From positions 1 through 64,000 of IMG/VR virus record IMGVR_UViG_3300021373_002523: a stretch of 64,000 bases of DNA. One strand, given 5' to 3'. The notes below the pieces were generated by a model that searched no databases, had not been told where the DNA came from, and worked only from the letters and a program-made list of their open reading frames with translations. The stretch is from a virus. The position numbers were made by a program, and so were the translations under genes. Below, piece by piece: positions 26,962 to 37,092 of this stretch (within the stretch, counting starts at the first letter, position 1; each line of letters opens with the position of its first letter).

Positions 26962-28803
26962 TTATCCTTTTAAAGACTTTTGAAAATCTTCAGTATCAGG
27001 AATAAGATCTTCGGCACCTAATGCTTTAGCTCTTTTTGCAATAAACTTAGCAGCTCTTGCTTGGTCCTTTGCTCTACCATAAGCCATGATAGCATTTTTG
27101 AGATCTTCTAAATTAGCAATAGGAAAACTCCCATCAGCTAAAGCAAAACCTTTTGCTGCCATTTCTTTTCTTTGTTCTGTATCATATTTTTCAGAAACAA
27201 ATTCACCGAATGTTTTGAAATTTTCCAATACTGATTCTTTCATTAATTCTACATACCTACTTCCTTTTTGAGAATATACTGAAGTAATTTTAAAATCACC
27301 TTTAACAGTCTTCCCTGTATCTTGTTTATAGTATTTAGGATAATAAGCTTTAAAGAAAAGATTAGGTTCAAGTTCTCCAAAGAAATGACTTGTTTTACCA
27401 ACAAAGAATTTTGCCTTTGGGTATATCTTTAAAACTTCTTTTTTTGTTTCAGCATCATTTACTTTAGTATCATATGACTTAACAAATTTAGCTTCATTTA
27501 CTTCAACAGATTCAAACTTTTTAATATTCTTCATAATTTTTTTAATATCTTTATCTCCTATTTTTGCATAAACTGCATTAGGAAATGAATTACCGATAGC
27601 AACATTTACAACTTCACCATTAGGTCTTACGACATAACTACCACCATCATATTTTTCACCATCCATTGATATTTCAAAACCGGCACCACGGCCTGCATCA
27701 TATTCCATATCATGGACTTCTGCTTTAACTCTATCAGCTTTTGCAATTGCCTTTGCTATTAAATCCGCTACATTTTTTACTTCATCTTCAGAAAAATTAA
27801 ATTTAGCTTCATTAATTACTGATTCTTTTACAAAATATTTTTTAAGATCATTTGGGTCTATTGAGTATTCTATTTCATCATCAGCTCCAAATATAATAGC
27901 TTCATCTCTTCCTACAGATCCAACTCTAAATGTCATACCTTTATCAATCTCCGTACCGTCTACATCATTTGTTACATCATAAACATCTCCACTAAACTTA
28001 TCACTATCAACTTTAGATTTAATAAATTGACCTTCTCTAAATTTTTCATTAACATTTTCATTAGCAAAGTTATATTCCATATCCTCAGCCCAATCATCTA
28101 CACTAAAAGTTCCATAATCTTTAAAGAATTTTTTAGCATTTCTTTTTGCCATTCTTTCAATTGATTTAACATAATCTTTCATCCATGACATTGGAAGTTT
28201 AACTTGTTTAGAAGCAGCATCAATATCTAACATAATTTCGCCATAAGGAGATGATCTTTTTTCATTCAGTTCAATAGCCCCTAATTTTTGATCATGCTTA
28301 CTTATTGTCATTATTAACTTATCTAACTGATTTCCTATACTATTTAATGCGCGTGACCATTTAGGATCAGTAGCAGTAGCAGCTAAATCATTAATCTTAT
28401 CCTCTAAACTTGCTAACTCAGTGCCTACTTCATCATATATAAGAGTTTCCTCTTCATTAAGAGATTCAGCTTTCATTTTTTGTTGCTTACTCATTTCTTT
28501 AGCCTTAGCCTTAAGTTCTTTAAACTCGTCTTTTACTTCAGTCCTAGCGCCCTTAACATATCTGTCTAAGCCCCAATTAAATGCAGCAGTAAATAACATA
28601 TTAAAAGGTAAAGATCCAAACTTTTTACCATAAGTAGAATATTTTAACCAATCCAAAAAGCCTTGGGCCATTTGTTTAGATAATTTAATACCTTCAACTT
28701 CAGATGTATTACCTTTTATAACATCTTTAAGTAATCTATCAGCAGCAGCTCTTCGTTCTAATATAGAACCTACTGCTTCATCTATTCTTTTTAAATTTTT
28801 CAT
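26962..28803 (-). CDS. Putative internal virion polyprotein
   Basis: Recurrent LNE/VNE/INE/VSE sites separating unrelated modules; internal KTFGEFVSE; C-terminal ALADGSFPI...LKNAI.AYGRA domain. Confidence 0.65.
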   Translation of the reverse strand: MKNLKRIDEAVGSILERRAAADRLLKDVIKGNTSEVEGIKLSKQMAQGFLDWLKYSTYGKKFGSLPFNMLFTAAFNWGLDRYVKGARTEVKDEFKELKAKAKEMSKQQKMKAESLNEEETLIYDEVGTELASLEDKINDLAATATDPKWSRALNSIGNQLDKLIMTISKHDQKLGAIELNEKRSSPYGEIMLDIDAASKQVKLPMSWMKDYVKSIERMAKRNAKKFFKDYGTFSVDDWAEDMEYNFANENVNEKFREGQFIKSKVDSDKFSGDVYDVTNDVDGTEIDKGMTFRVGSVGRDEAIIFGADDEIEYSIDPNDLKKYFVKESVINEAKFNFSEDEVKNVADLIAKAIAKADRVKAEVHDMEYDAGRGAGFEISMDGEKYDGGSYVVRPNGEVVNVAIGNSFPNAVYAKIGDKDIKKIMKNIKKFESVEVNEAKFVKSYDTKVNDAETKKEVLKIYPKAKFFVGKTSHFFGELEPNLFFKAYYPKYYKQDTGKTVKGDFKITSVYSQKGSRYVELMKESVLENFKTFGEFVSEKYDTEQRKEMAAKGFALADGSFPIANLEDLKNAIMAYGRAKDQARAAKFIAKRAKALGAEDLIPDTEDFQKSLKG

Positions 28804-28901
28804 TACTTCTTTTTATTTTTGTCACACCAACCCAGGCATACCTTTTTAAATGTTAATGCATAAACTGTATCACAGATAATCTTTTTCATATTATTATTTA
28901 T

Positions 28902-29447
28902 TTACCAAGGATTAGTACTTTTTAATCCTAACTGTTTTCCAAATAAGGAAGGTCCATAACATGCCCAAAAACCAGCTTTGCTAGGATCCATCTTTTTCTT
29001 TTGATCACATTGGTGTCTTGCCCAAAAACTAGCAGCTCTTCCTGGATCATCATTCTTAACAGCTAATTTAGGATCTCCCCATTCAATCTTCTTTGCAACA
29101 ATCTTTCCTGTTTCTTTATCAGTTCTTCCACTATTACGATAAACAATAAATTTTCTATTACCGCCTCTTTCTGGTGAATCAAGTTTAACTTTTTTAGTTC
29201 TACCAGATTTACGATCTTTGTAAATTGCATCTTTACCTACCTCAAGATTTTTAGCCATCCAGCCACCTTTACCATTTAAAACAATATTTCCTTTATCCCA
29301 ATATTGTTTCACTTCTTCAAATAATTTACTATGAGCATCAGATCCTAAACGAAAAACAGTATCATCTAACCCTAAACCATTATCTATATGGTATTTAAGT
29401 TCTTCCGATACTTTATCAAAATCTTTAAAATCCTTTACAAATTTCAT
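28902..29447 (-). CDS. Putative internal virion protein
   Basis: MKFVKDFKDF; SFWARHQC...AGFWAC domain. Confidence 0.6.
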   Translation of the reverse strand: MKFVKDFKDFDKVSEELKYHIDNGLGLDDTVFRLGSDAHSKLFEEVKQYWDKGNIVLNGKGGWMAKNLEVGKDAIYKDRKSGRTKKVKLDSPERGGNRKFIVYRNSGRTDKETGKIVAKKIEWGDPKLAVKNDDPGRAASFWARHQCDQKKKMDPSKAGFWACYGPSLFGKQLGLKSTNPW

Positions 29448-30250
29448 TACTTAGGTAAGCCTGTTGTTTTTAATTTTTTATCCTCGCCTTTTTTAATTAC
29501 TTCTTTAGCAATATCGGCATCAGCTCCAAACTTTCCTTTAGGTCCATTCTTTTTTGGATTATCTAATGGTCTACCCCAAGTACCAGGTGCTTTAGTTAAA
29601 AATGAATTAACTCTCGCATAACCCCATTGTTCTTGTCCAGCACCAGGCCTATGTCCACTTTTCCATGCAGCCATACCTCTTCTCATTACTAATCTTAATA
29701 AGGGTAATGATACGCCGGTTTGTTCTGATTTCTTTTTAAGGCCAGTTTCTATTCCCTTTCCTTTAATAGGACTTCTATCTCCACCTGCTTTTTCTTCAAG
29801 GCTTTCACCTAAACCTTCTTCATATAATGATTTTAACCAAGAATCCATATCTTTATTAGGTTTAACCTTATCGCTAAACTCTTCATAAAACATTTTTCTA
29901 AATTGATTAAAGTTTTTAGCCTCTTCCATCATTACATGCAATTCACTCATTACACTTTCATTGGTAACCATTTCTTCTAAGGCTTCATCAGCATATAAAT
30001 CATCAAATGCTTTAGTGTGTTTAGATTTCTTTAAAAGTTTTTTGCCTTTAGTATCACCTGGCATTTCTTTATAAGCATCTGGATCATCATCAGACATCTG
30101 AGATTGCTTTTTCATTTGATCCACCTTTTGGCGAGCGGTTGATATAGAAATACCTTTATAATATCCATCACCTTCAATTTTATCTTCAAAGGATTCTTTT
30201 TCCTTTTTCTTTTCAAATAAAAATTCTGTATATTTTTTAATAAATTCCAT
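29447..30250 (-). CDS. Putative internal virion polyprotein
   Basis: MEFIKKYTEFLFE; module shared with 15575..16564; RGMAAWKSGHRPG...WGYARVNSF domain. Confidence 0.6.
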   Translation of the reverse strand: MEFIKKYTEFLFEKKKEKESFEDKIEGDGYYKGISISTARQKVDQMKKQSQMSDDDPDAYKEMPGDTKGKKLLKKSKHTKAFDDLYADEALEEMVTNESVMSELHVMMEEAKNFNQFRKMFYEEFSDKVKPNKDMDSWLKSLYEEGLGESLEEKAGGDRSPIKGKGIETGLKKKSEQTGVSLPLLRLVMRRGMAAWKSGHRPGAGQEQWGYARVNSFLTKAPGTWGRPLDNPKKNGPKGKFGADADIAKEVIKKGEDKKLKTTGLPK

Positions 30251-31074
30251 TATGCCATTCTGTGTTTTTCAATTCTAGCCATGATCTTATCTTTTTTAGC
30301 TTTTAGCTTAGCGTATTCTTTTTCTTGCTTCATCATGGTAGTACCGTACTTATCTGCAATTTCACCACCTTCTGGTTCAGCCTCTTGTTCCATGTCTCTG
30401 AGTGTTTGGGCCATTTCATCACCTAAATCTTTGATTTGTTGATCCACATCCATTCTTGCATCTAATAAATCCATATACTTATCAAAACTTAACCTACGTG
30501 ATTTTACTTTAGGAAGCTTCAATTTAGGAAGGTCTCTTCTTGTTGCTCTAAATGCTATAAGCACAGGATCATTAACATCTGTAGCTTCATTCATAATAGT
30601 TTTAGCTAACTTTTTTACTTGTGCCGTTGATCTTATACCATAACGAGACAGCATTTCTTCATTACCGAATTCGTCAATAAATTCTATCATGTCCTTTACT
30701 GTACCTTTATCTTCAATGCCTTGAAACATATCCATTGTTTCTTGATCAGTTCCAAATATCTTTTCTAAATTATTATAAGCATCTGTTACTGATTCAACTA
30801 CAGATTCACTGAATAATCTTTCACCAGTTTTAGATTCAATATGTACGGTTGCTTTAGGATATTCTTTCTTTAATTGATTAAATGCAGCAGGAACTATTTG
30901 AGGAGTTCCAACTAATTCTTGTTTAACTACTTTACCATTTTCAATTACAACAAGAGTTACTGGGTAACTTCCTTTCTTTGCAGCGTTATGAATCTTAGAT
31001 AGTTTAGCTTCATTGACTGATTCTTTAACTGCTTTAATATTTTTAAATTCAGAATATTTACTTATATGTTTCAT
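30250..31074 (-). CDS. Putative internal virion polyprotein
   Basis: MKHISKYSEF...VKESVNE-AK; SESVVE-S; IMNE-A. Confidence 0.6.
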   Translation of the reverse strand: MKHISKYSEFKNIKAVKESVNEAKLSKIHNAAKKGSYPVTLVVIENGKVVKQELVGTPQIVPAAFNQLKKEYPKATVHIESKTGERLFSESVVESVTDAYNNLEKIFGTDQETMDMFQGIEDKGTVKDMIEFIDEFGNEEMLSRYGIRSTAQVKKLAKTIMNEATDVNDPVLIAFRATRRDLPKLKLPKVKSRRLSFDKYMDLLDARMDVDQQIKDLGDEMAQTLRDMEQEAEPEGGEIADKYGTTMMKQEKEYAKLKAKKDKIMARIEKHRMA

Positions 31075-31076
31075 AA

Positions 31077-32138
31077 TTACCAGCCGTAATTTTTATTCTT
31101 TACTTTCTTAGCATAATCAGTAAGTCTTTTGGCATAAGCCTTTACTTCTCTACCATAATAGTTATCTTCTCTACCTTCAGCTCTTGCTTCTTTATCTTGT
31201 CTTTCATAATCCTTATACCTTTGGTAGTCATCTAACATACTTCGGATAGCACTTGCACCGTCTTTAATTGATACATCTCTACCTCTAGGACTTTTACCGA
31301 TAACAAAGTTTCCGTATTGATCCATTTCACCCCTATCTAAAGCGTCAGATATATGTTGATTTAACATTTCAATTGAATCTCTAACTGCTTTATCAATATC
31401 AGTCATTGCTGCTTTATCTTGTAAGATAGCAGTATACCTTTTACGGTTTTCATCTTTAATTTCTTTAGCAGTTTTTAGTGCAGTTGCACCAGCTTTAGAA
31501 TTTGCACGATCTGATTGCAATCCACTTACATCATATTTGTCTCTTAAACTATTTAAATCTAAAACATATACACGAGTAGCAGCATCAATAAGATTCTTTC
31601 TTGTTACTTTAGGAGCAGGAGCACCATCCCATCCATTATATAGTGAACGAGTATCATAATCTTTTGCAAGAACTCCATATCTATCCTCAGCACCTTTTCT
31701 GTGTCGGCTATAAGTTGATCCTCTGTCCATTGCAAACCCAGACCACATACCAACTCCACCTCTAACAACAGAAAGTACAATTCCATATTTAGAAATGTTG
31801 TTTAATGATAAATCACCTGGTAAATATTTTTTATTTGCTTTTGCCCATTTGATAAAGCCTTTATCATCATCAACAAAGAATCCTACTTTATTAGGATCTT
31901 TAGCATCAGGGCCTTTCCAATAAGCTTCTGGTGTAGTTGTAGTAAAATCAGCATCTGAAATTTTATCAATAGCAAGTTTAGCAAATTTTTGCATGTCTTT
32001 TGCTAAGTTACCTCTCCATCTTGATTTTAATCCATCTTGAGAAGCAAAATCTCTAAGAATAGATGAACTAAATCTTTCGGTAATTAAATCAATTTGTAGA
32101 GACTCTTTAAATAATTTATAGTCTTTAATATGTTCCAT
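31077..32138 (-). CDS. Putative internal virion protein
   Basis: MEHIKDYKLFKES...LITE-R; late-type motif upstream. Confidence 0.6.
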   Translation of the reverse strand: MEHIKDYKLFKESLQIDLITERFSSSILRDFASQDGLKSRWRGNLAKDMQKFAKLAIDKISDADFTTTTPEAYWKGPDAKDPNKVGFFVDDDKGFIKWAKANKKYLPGDLSLNNISKYGIVLSVVRGGVGMWSGFAMDRGSTYSRHRKGAEDRYGVLAKDYDTRSLYNGWDGAPAPKVTRKNLIDAATRVYVLDLNSLRDKYDVSGLQSDRANSKAGATALKTAKEIKDENRKRYTAILQDKAAMTDIDKAVRDSIEMLNQHISDALDRGEMDQYGNFVIGKSPRGRDVSIKDGASAIRSMLDDYQRYKDYERQDKEARAEGREDNYYGREVKAYAKRLTDYAKKVKNKNYGW

Positions 32139-32180
32139 GTTAAATAGTTTGTTTTCTTTATTTATTCAACAAGGAAGAAG

Positions 32181-32429
32181 TTATTTTCGGATATCCTCTA
32201 CTCCTAAATACTGTTGAATTAATTTTGTTATTTCTGTGTCTTGTTTGACTGTTCCAAATTGAATCCAATCATCATCAGAAATAACAGAACCGACCTTAGA
32301 TGCTAGGCCGGTTTCTGTTATGAGGGCATCTACTTTATGAGTATACCATTCTCTTATTCTTGATACTCCACCGTTTTCATATAACCTAATTACTTGTTCA
32401 TTCGTAATATGTCTTTTGTGGAATCCCAT
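32181..32429 (-). CDS. Hypothetical protein
   Basis: 82-aa ORF. Confidence 0.6.
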   Translation of the reverse strand: MGFHKRHITNEQVIRLYENGGVSRIREWYTHKVDALITETGLASKVGSVISDDDWIQFGTVKQDTEITKLIQQYLGVEDIRK

Positions 32430-32431
32430 AC

Positions 32432-33070
32432 TTAAACTGTTTCTACAACTGGATCAACTTCATCCATTAAATTATTCAGTTCTTCTTCAGCTTTATTGTA
32501 TTCATCAATTGGTACATCAAGAATAACATCTGGATGATTAACTTCTTGATCTAATTCAGCCATTTTTGCATGGTTATCTCTAAGAGCTTGGTTATCTTCA
32601 TGAACCTTTCCAACAACCTTAGAAAGATCTGCACCAAATGCAGCCATCATTTCTACAAAATCACGAGCAGCAAAGAACCCTTTACCTTTCATTGATGTAA
32701 TCATTGTCCAAAAGATAGTAATACTCGTACCTCTTAATTTAATAATACCATCCCAGTCTTTTTCTCTCGTTACTGGTTGCTGTTCTTTTAAGTTAGAATA
32801 TAACATGATCAAACCTGTTGCAGTTGTATGACCCCAATCAGCTTCTTTTTCTAAAAACTTTAATACTTGCTTATAAAGTTTTACAGAACCAAAAGGAATA
32901 TCATATTCATTTTTCTGAAGAGCTCTAAGTAAGTCTTCATTTGTTTTTAATGCAGCTTTTTTATCTGCAATAATTTCACTCATCTTACGAGGATTCTCGT
33001 TAACGATTTCATTAGGATCGGTTACAACACCACCTTGTGCAGTAGGATCCATTTTAACTGTTTTTGCCAT
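32432..33070 (-). CDS. Hypothetical protein
   Basis: 212-aa ORF. Confidence 0.7.
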   Translation of the reverse strand: MAKTVKMDPTAQGGVVTDPNEIVNENPRKMSEIIADKKAALKTNEDLLRALQKNEYDIPFGSVKLYKQVLKFLEKEADWGHTTATGLIMLYSNLKEQQPVTREKDWDGIIKLRGTSITIFWTMITSMKGKGFFAARDFVEMMAAFGADLSKVVGKVHEDNQALRDNHAKMAELDQEVNHPDVILDVPIDEYNKAEEELNNLMDEVDPVVETV

Positions 33071-33311
33071 CTTTATCTGTTTTTGTTTTAGTTTTCGGCG
33101 TTGCTGCCTGAAATTCTTTATTTATATTTCCACATTTGCTACATTCCATTGTATCAAGTGGTAATAATCTGTCTTGGCCATCAGGTGAAATAAACCTACT
33201 CACCTTTCTTAAAAAGTAAGCCGGTCTAAATACATTATGACCACATTCATCACACACTATTTCTAATGTTGAATCTAAATCAATATTCATTTGTTTACCT
33301 TCCATTGCCAT
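33054..33311 (-). CDS. Zinc-ribbon protein
   Basis: CDECG...CSKCG. Confidence 0.7.
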   Translation of the reverse strand: MAMEGKQMNIDLDSTLEIVCDECGHNVFRPAYFLRKVSRFISPDGQDRLLPLDTMECSKCGNINKEFQAATPKTKTKTDKDGKNS

Positions 33312-33318
33312 TATTTAA

Positions 33319-33549
33319 TTATATGGATTTTTCTTTAATTGTTTTAACTTTATTAATTTCATTTAACTTATATTCAGAATCAATCCATCCGCTATCTACA
33401 AAATCCCAAAGACTTAATTGCGGTACTGTAGGATGAGGTTGAGTTTTAGCCCATCTCCTTGCTTTTACAAATTCTTCTGGTGACCAACCAAAAGTGCCTT
33501 CGTGTTTAGGTAAAAAGAATCCTCTAATTTTTTGATATAATTTAAACAT
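33319..33549 (-). CDS. Hypothetical protein
   Basis: 76-aa ORF with a middle-type promoter. Confidence 0.6.
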   Translation of the reverse strand: MFKLYQKIRGFFLPKHEGTFGWSPEEFVKARRWAKTQPHPTVPQLSLWDFVDSGWIDSEYKLNEINKVKTIKEKSI

Positions 33550-33575
33550 AACTTATTTATTATTATATTGATTTA

Positions 33576-34277
33576 TCATCTTTTGTTTACAATCTCTAAT
33601 GCTTTTCTCAAATCTTCTTTAGTGTCTACCCCTAATGACTTGTATGATGTCCAACCTGTTACTATAGATATATTATTGTCCATCCAAGTTAGTTGTTCTA
33701 GTGAGTCTCTAACAGAGCTTTCCGAAGGTTCTAGTGTTGATATCTTTTCTAATGTTTTAGAACTATAACCATAAATTCCAATATGTTTAAATGTAAAATT
33801 GGTTTTCATATACATTGAACTTCTCGTAAACATTCCAACTTCGCCTACAGCATTACTTATAGCTTTAACAACATTAGGATCTCTTTCTTCTCCTTCGTCT
33901 AAATTAGTAGTCATAGTAACTATCTTGTTTGGATGATCATGTAAAAGTTTTATTACCTCATCTATATCAGAAGGATTAATAAAAGGTTCATCACCCTGAA
34001 CATTTATAATATAATCTGCTTTTAAAAATCCTTGAGCTGCAATTACTCTTTCAGTTCCAGTATCACAAACATCTGTCATAATTGCCTTTGCACCAAAATC
34101 AGTCACAGTATCAAATATTCTTTTATCATCAGTCGCAATAATCACTTCATCAGCTAATGATTCTTTAGCCCTTTCCCAAGTATGTTCTATCATTGTTTTA
34201 TCACCTATAAGCATTAAAGGTTTCCCTGGTAGCCTTGTTGATTGCCATCTTGCTGGTATAACTATTACTGTTTTCAT
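33576..34277 (-). CDS. kdsB: CMP-Kdo synthetase
   Basis: IPARWQSTRLPGKPL, ATDD, GTER, NVQGDEP, HIGIY, LEQL, GVDT. Confidence 0.93.
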   Translation of the reverse strand: MKTVIVIPARWQSTRLPGKPLMLIGDKTMIEHTWERAKESLADEVIIATDDKRIFDTVTDFGAKAIMTDVCDTGTERVIAAQGFLKADYIINVQGDEPFINPSDIDEVIKLLHDHPNKIVTMTTNLDEGEERDPNVVKAISNAVGEVGMFTRSSMYMKTNFTFKHIGIYGYSSKTLEKISTLEPSESSVRDSLEQLTWMDNNISIVTGWTSYKSLGVDTKEDLRKALEIVNKR

Positions 34278-35062
34278 AATTTATTCATTTCTTTATATTC
34301 ATCATTCCAATATTCTTTAACATAATCCTTAAAAGATGATTCAATTTGATCATTTAAGTATAAGAATCCATAAAATTTAGTATTATCTAAATATTGAGGT
34401 ATTCCTTTTTTTCTAAAGTTATGAGATAGAATAGCATATTCATATCTTTCACTATCATCATCATAAGTAACTTCCTTTAAAATTTCTTTATTTAAAAAAT
34501 ATGTACAATGAATTGTATTTACATCAATAAGACCTTTGATTTCCTGCGACCATATAGAATGATAAAAATCATTATCTTGGTAATAACCTAATTCACATGT
34601 TTTATTATGAAAATTAGAGTACCAATGATTTTTAGTCAATTTTAACATTGGTCCTATACAATTTAATCTTTTATTTTTATACAGACTTTCTAAAGTATTG
34701 GAGGTTATAAAATTATCACAATCAACTACAAAATAATGAGCATTTAATTTTATGGCATAATTTATTGATTCTTGTCTTAGTTTTCCTAATATTTTAAACC
34801 TTTCAGAATTCCATTCATGTTCATCATATTTTTTTAATTCTTCAGTTATAGATGAATTATCATAATAAATAGATGCATATTCTTTATGATAAGTTTTTAC
34901 AAAATTATCTAAAATGCTTTGTGTATTATCCTTGTTATCATTAGTTCTTATGTAAAGATGTATCTTCTTTTTATCATAAGTCTGATTTAAAATACAGTTT
35001 AAATAAAAATCTAAACAATATTCTTTATCCTTAGCTAATATGGCAATAACAATTTCTTCCAT
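34274..35062 (-). CDS. GT-A fold glycosyltransferase (procollagen galactosyltransferase-like)
   Basis: IAILAK, YIRTNDNKDNT, VVDCD (DxD), YSNF, IHCTY. Confidence 0.7.
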   Translation of the reverse strand: MEEIVIAILAKDKEYCLDFYLNCILNQTYDKKKIHLYIRTNDNKDNTQSILDNFVKTYHKEYASIYYDNSSITEELKKYDEHEWNSERFKILGKLRQESINYAIKLNAHYFVVDCDNFITSNTLESLYKNKRLNCIGPMLKLTKNHWYSNFHNKTCELGYYQDNDFYHSIWSQEIKGLIDVNTIHCTYFLNKEILKEVTYDDDSERYEYAILSHNFRKKGIPQYLDNTKFYGFLYLNDQIESSFKDYVKEYWNDEYKEMNKL

Positions 35063-35730
35063 TAATTATCTAATTGATAGTCGCTAGGTGGCAGTTCATT
35101 TAATAAACTTCCTTTTGGATATTGTGATTCTTCTTTACTCTTTTGCCCTAAATAACCACTATGGTGTCTTTTTGAATATTCTAATTTTGTAAATCCTATC
35201 TTTTTCATTAATTCAACAACTAGGATATCACCTATCACTGTCATGAGTGTAGTAGATATTGTCGGTGTTAAACCTAATGGGCATATTTCTTCAGCATCAC
35301 CAGTATGTAAAATAATATCTGATTTGCTAGCAAGTGGACTGTCTATTTTACCAGTGATGCAAATAATATTAATATCAGAATACATATTTTTTGAAAGTTC
35401 AATTAATTCTAAAATTTCCCTAGTCTTACCAGAATTAGAAAGTAAAATAAGTACATCATTTCTTTGAAGTATTCCTAAATCTCCATGCTGAGCTTCACTA
35501 GGATGGAGGTACACCGCAGGAGTTCCAGTAGAACTAAATGTTGTTGCAATATTTAATGCAATTTGGCCAGCCTTTCCCATACCTGATAATACCACTTTAC
35601 CACAAGGGCTAAGAGATGAGTGTACTTTATTTTGAATTCTATTTACTGCCATTTCAAACGAAGAAGTAATTGGAATATTACTGATTGCTTCGATTTCAGC
35701 TTTAATTAATTTATTAATTGAGTCTTTCAT
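35062..35730 (-). CDS. kdsD: Arabinose-5-phosphate isomerase, SIS domain only
   Basis: SGMGKAG, STGTPA, HPSEAQHGDLG, SNSGKT, PLGLTPT.ST, HHSGYLG; no CBS pair. Confidence 0.9.
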   Translation of the reverse strand: MKDSINKLIKAEIEAISNIPITSSFEMAVNRIQNKVHSSLSPCGKVVLSGMGKAGQIALNIATTFSSTGTPAVYLHPSEAQHGDLGILQRNDVLILLSNSGKTREILELIELSKNMYSDINIICITGKIDSPLASKSDIILHTGDAEEICPLGLTPTISTTLMTVIGDILVVELMKKIGFTKLEYSKRHHSGYLGQKSKEESQYPKGSLLNELPPSDYQLDN

Positions 35731-35731
35731 A

Positions 35732-36367
35732 TTATTGAATTGTTTTACATTTATTAAATACAGGAAATTCAGTTAAGTCTTTATATCCGTTGTATTCTTC
35801 TTGATCTTTATTTACTTCTGGTAAAATTTGCATTAGGCATAACCCTTGTGCAGCTTCTTGTGGAGTCATATACATATTCCAACCTAAAGTTTCTATATTG
35901 TCTTCTTTATAAAATTTTTCACTCCTACCTTCATACCTAGCCTTTTTAAACCATTCATATGCTTCCTTATCATTTGTGAGAATAGCACCACCTTTACCTA
36001 TATTAAGTATTTTTTTAATATGAAAGGAAAGACACATAAAAGAATCTTTTATATACATATCTTTAGTGAATCTTTTTGCTGCATCATAAATAGGATATGG
36101 CTTAAGCTGATATATTCCTTGCCATGAGTTAGTTTTAAATGACTTATCAAATACAACTTCACCACCTGCCTGCATTATACTCATAGGTACTGAAAGGTAT
36201 GTTTGTGAAGGTATAGTAACCTTTTTTACTTTTAAGTACGTACTTACTAAAAATAATGCATTTGTGCAACTATCAACTGACACTGCATATTTAGAACCGG
36301 CATAAGAAGCCAGTTCTTCTTCAAACATTTGAACAATTTTAAAAGGATTATGTTTATTAATTGGCAT
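35732..36367 (-). CDS. DegT/DnrJ-family PLP sugar aminotransferase (short form)
   Basis: FEEELA, SCTNAL, DAA, SFHIKK (PLP Lys), GKGGAI, GWNMYM. Confidence 0.8.
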   Translation of the reverse strand: MPINKHNPFKIVQMFEEELASYAGSKYAVSVDSCTNALFLVSTYLKVKKVTIPSQTYLSVPMSIMQAGGEVVFDKSFKTNSWQGIYQLKPYPIYDAAKRFTKDMYIKDSFMCLSFHIKKILNIGKGGAILTNDKEAYEWFKKARYEGRSEKFYKEDNIETLGWNMYMTPQEAAQGLCLMQILPEVNKDQEEYNGYKDLTEFPVFNKCKTIQ

Positions 36368-36372
36368 GGTTT

Positions 36373-37092
36373 TTATATTAAAGTTAAATGCATAGTTGCT
36401 ACAGGATTATAAGGTTTAAAACCAGCTTTATTCATTGATCTATTAACTGGAAAATTATTTACAATAACATTATGTTCACACCAATCTAAACCTTTACTTT
36501 TAGACCAATCTAAACCTGCTTGTAATATACTAGGAAAAACGGATTTGCCTCTATGTAATGGATCTACTGCTCCCATACCACCAGCTGCGTATTTAAAGGA
36601 ACCTTCTTCATATATTTTAAAAGATAAGTATCCTATAGGTTTATCATTTTTACATGCTACAATAATTTTATCCGCAACTTCTTTTTTAGTACATGTGTTA
36701 TAAGCCCAGTCTTCATAAACCTCTAAACACCTTTCTTTATCTAATTTATTATTTTTAAAATAATGACCGTAATTATTAAAAGAATCTTTAGCCATTTGTA
36801 CAAGTATAGGTATATCGGATTTTTTAAAATCCCTAAGTTTTAAAGAAGTAGGTTTACTAATATAATTTTTTAAATTATGCTTATAAGTTATCTGAGTATC
36901 TTTAAGTCTAAATCCAATACTTTCTAATTTATTAATTAGTTCTATATCTTCTAAATTAACACGAGCTATTACTAACCCATAATCATTAGTTAATTTTACA
37001 ACCTTTTCAGTACTTAAGTTTCTAAATATTTCTCCGTCTGTTTTAGCTACCTTAAAACCAAATCTATTTGAATCTATTTTACTTTCTTTCAT
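36373..37092 (-). CDS. GNAT acetyltransferase (WecD-like)
   Basis: DSNRFG, GAVDPLHRGKS, NFPVNRSMNKAGF. Confidence 0.7.
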   Translation of the reverse strand: MKESKIDSNRFGFKVAKTDGEIFRNLSTEKVVKLTNDYGLVIARVNLEDIELINKLESIGFRLKDTQITYKHNLKNYISKPTSLKLRDFKKSDIPILVQMAKDSFNNYGHYFKNNKLDKERCLEVYEDWAYNTCTKKEVADKIIVACKNDKPIGYLSFKIYEEGSFKYAAGGMGAVDPLHRGKSVFPSILQAGLDWSKSKGLDWCEHNVIVNNFPVNRSMNKAGFKPYNPVATMHLTLI

